Shown in pieces: positions 62,189-64,000 of a stretch of 64,000 nucleotides of DNA; positions within the stretch are counted from its first letter, which is position 1; each line of letters opens with the position of its first letter. Where the stretch lies: NCBI GenBank assembly GCA_964057225.1, contig OZ059894.1:9858001-9922000 (forward strand), given 5' to 3'. Position numbers and translations under genes: made by a program. The stretch comes from Auanema rhodensis. Lineage: Eukaryota > Animalia > Nematoda. The notes beneath the pieces were generated by a model. That model had not been told where the DNA came from and ran no database searches. It was given only the letters and a program-made list of their open reading frames with translations.

Positions 62189-64000
62189 GTTAGTTACTTT
62201 TTTCATTTTTTAAAATTAAAATGACTGGCTGACCTCAAATATTACTTTGTCTAACTAACTATATATGGAAATATGTATTACATCAAATACCTTTGACTTG
62301 ATTTTCTATTTGAAATTTTAAAATATTAATCACATAAAGTATAAAAATAGGAAAATTTATTGTATTTCCCAACTAATCTCATTATAAATGTTTGAGCAAA
62401 TAGCTCTTGCGGACAGGAGAACTCATGACGTAATTCCATATTCTCTTTCCTTTTTTCTTCTTCCACCCATTTAAAGCTGTGGATGAACTGCTACACAAAC
62501 TTCCATGAAAGGTTTTTATACAAATCTCATTCTTCTTTTCAATCTACTAATCATTCTAAAACTTTCTATAATACCTTTTGTACTTTTGTTTTATCAAAAA
62601 GAAATTTCCTTTTATCCCAAATTTATTGTTTTTCATTTTCTTCAACAATCTTTTTTTTTATTCATCATGTTTTTTCATGAATTTTTCCTTTTAAGTTGAG
62701 ATCATGTCACTCTCTCTCTCTTTCTTTCTCTCTCTTTCTTTCTTTCTCTTTCTCTCTCTCTTACTTATCTACTCTGTCTCGTTTTCAGCTTAATCGTTAT
62801 GGCATTTTCAATTTTTCCTCATATCTTTGAGCATAATGCTCCGATTTCTCTCTTGAGAATTCAATAGTTACTTTCTCTCTCTCTCTCTCTCTCTCTTTCC
62901 TTCTCCCTCTCTATTCTGCTCCATTTCAGTTTTTTTCACGAAGAACTATTATCTAATATGTTTCTTATTTCATCAAATATTCCCAAAACATTTTTCTTTT
63001 GTCTTCTTGTTTTGATTTAATACTTTCGTCCAATTTTCATATAAATAGTTTCCAATTAATTTTTTAAATGAAATAATTGGAATATTTTTATAAAATGATT
63101 AATATACTATTAATGTACTATGATTATTATTATTTTTTTAAAATTAAATATATACCGTTATTAGTCTAAGATTAACTACTTTTATGATTTTAATTTTAGA
63201 AGAAAAAAAGTATTTTTATTTCTTATAATAATAATAAAATTATGTATTTCTTAAGAATATTTCTTTTTCTCGGATTAAAATGTGAAAAATGAAAATTCAA
63301 AGAGAGAGTGAAGCCTCCTATAAGGCTATTTCATTCTGTTGATCGTAGCATATGTATATCTGAGAATGATTTGAATACTTTGCTTTGCAAATGAAATGAT
63401 TGTTATTGATGTCTTTCACAGAGATATAGATTAATCTCTCATTTCTTACAATTTAGGTGAAGCTCAGTCATTTTCATCAAATAAGAGGAGAAATGAGATT
63501 GAGAGAATGAGGAAAAATGAAACTGAGAGAATATGAGAGAGAAATTAGAGAGAAAGAAAACGAAAGAGAGTGCGCAAAAGAAAAAAATTGTAGAAAAAGT
63601 GAGGGAAGCTGAATGCATAAGAGTGAAGGTTATGAGAGAGAGAGAGAGAGGGAAAAGGAATAAGATGAAAAAGAATGAGAGAGAGAGAGAGAACGACCGT
63701 TTGTTGCGACAACAAATGAAAAAAATGAAAAAAATTTTAAAGCTCACGTGAACGTTCACGTTCACGTAATAATTCAAATATCACTTGAACGAATGAACGT
63801 CATCGTAATGTACTCAAAACGAAAAGAAAATTGCATTGAGAATAAGAGAAACGATTGCTTATAATGAAAAGATATATAACATATCCTTGTTAAAATATTA
63901 ATATTAAACTATTACTATTTTTCTGAATAATTAGTATAGTTTATGCTAATTCATTCCAAAACCTTTCAGCAAATATCTATAGAAATTTCAAATTCGTAGT

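Overview
AT-rich eukaryotic DNA from a rhabditid (Caenorhabditis-like) nematode: many ~40-50 nt GT-AG introns, TTTTCAG-type acceptors and abundant (GA)n microsatellites. Most ORF-track entries are single exons, antisense shadows or microsatellite artefacts, so I built genes by hand-splicing. Left to right: PB1-like protein (probably with a 10.4 kb first intron); three tandem tRNA-Phe(GAA) genes; an unexplained ~280 nt fold-back element; PAN/ZP cuticle protein; C-type lectin; MGC-start HAD hydrolase tail-to-tail with an EcKL/CHK-like kinase; a minus-strand run (C2H2 zinc finger, par-4/LKB1, EB1, lsm-5) that may be an operon; a possible decayed hAT remnant; a 90-aa single-pass microprotein missed by the ORF track; rpl-2; a PPxY single-pass protein; dhcr-7/LBR-like; ER carboxylesterase (HEEL) divergent from asp-1; and the first coding exon of the ryanodine receptor unc-68. 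From memory, the recognisable genes are C. elegans chromosome V genes. The best novelty candidates are the structured element at ~19244-19521, the PxIxIT-like microprotein abutting rpl-2, and the HAD/kinase pair. No CRISPR or prokaryotic system is visible.
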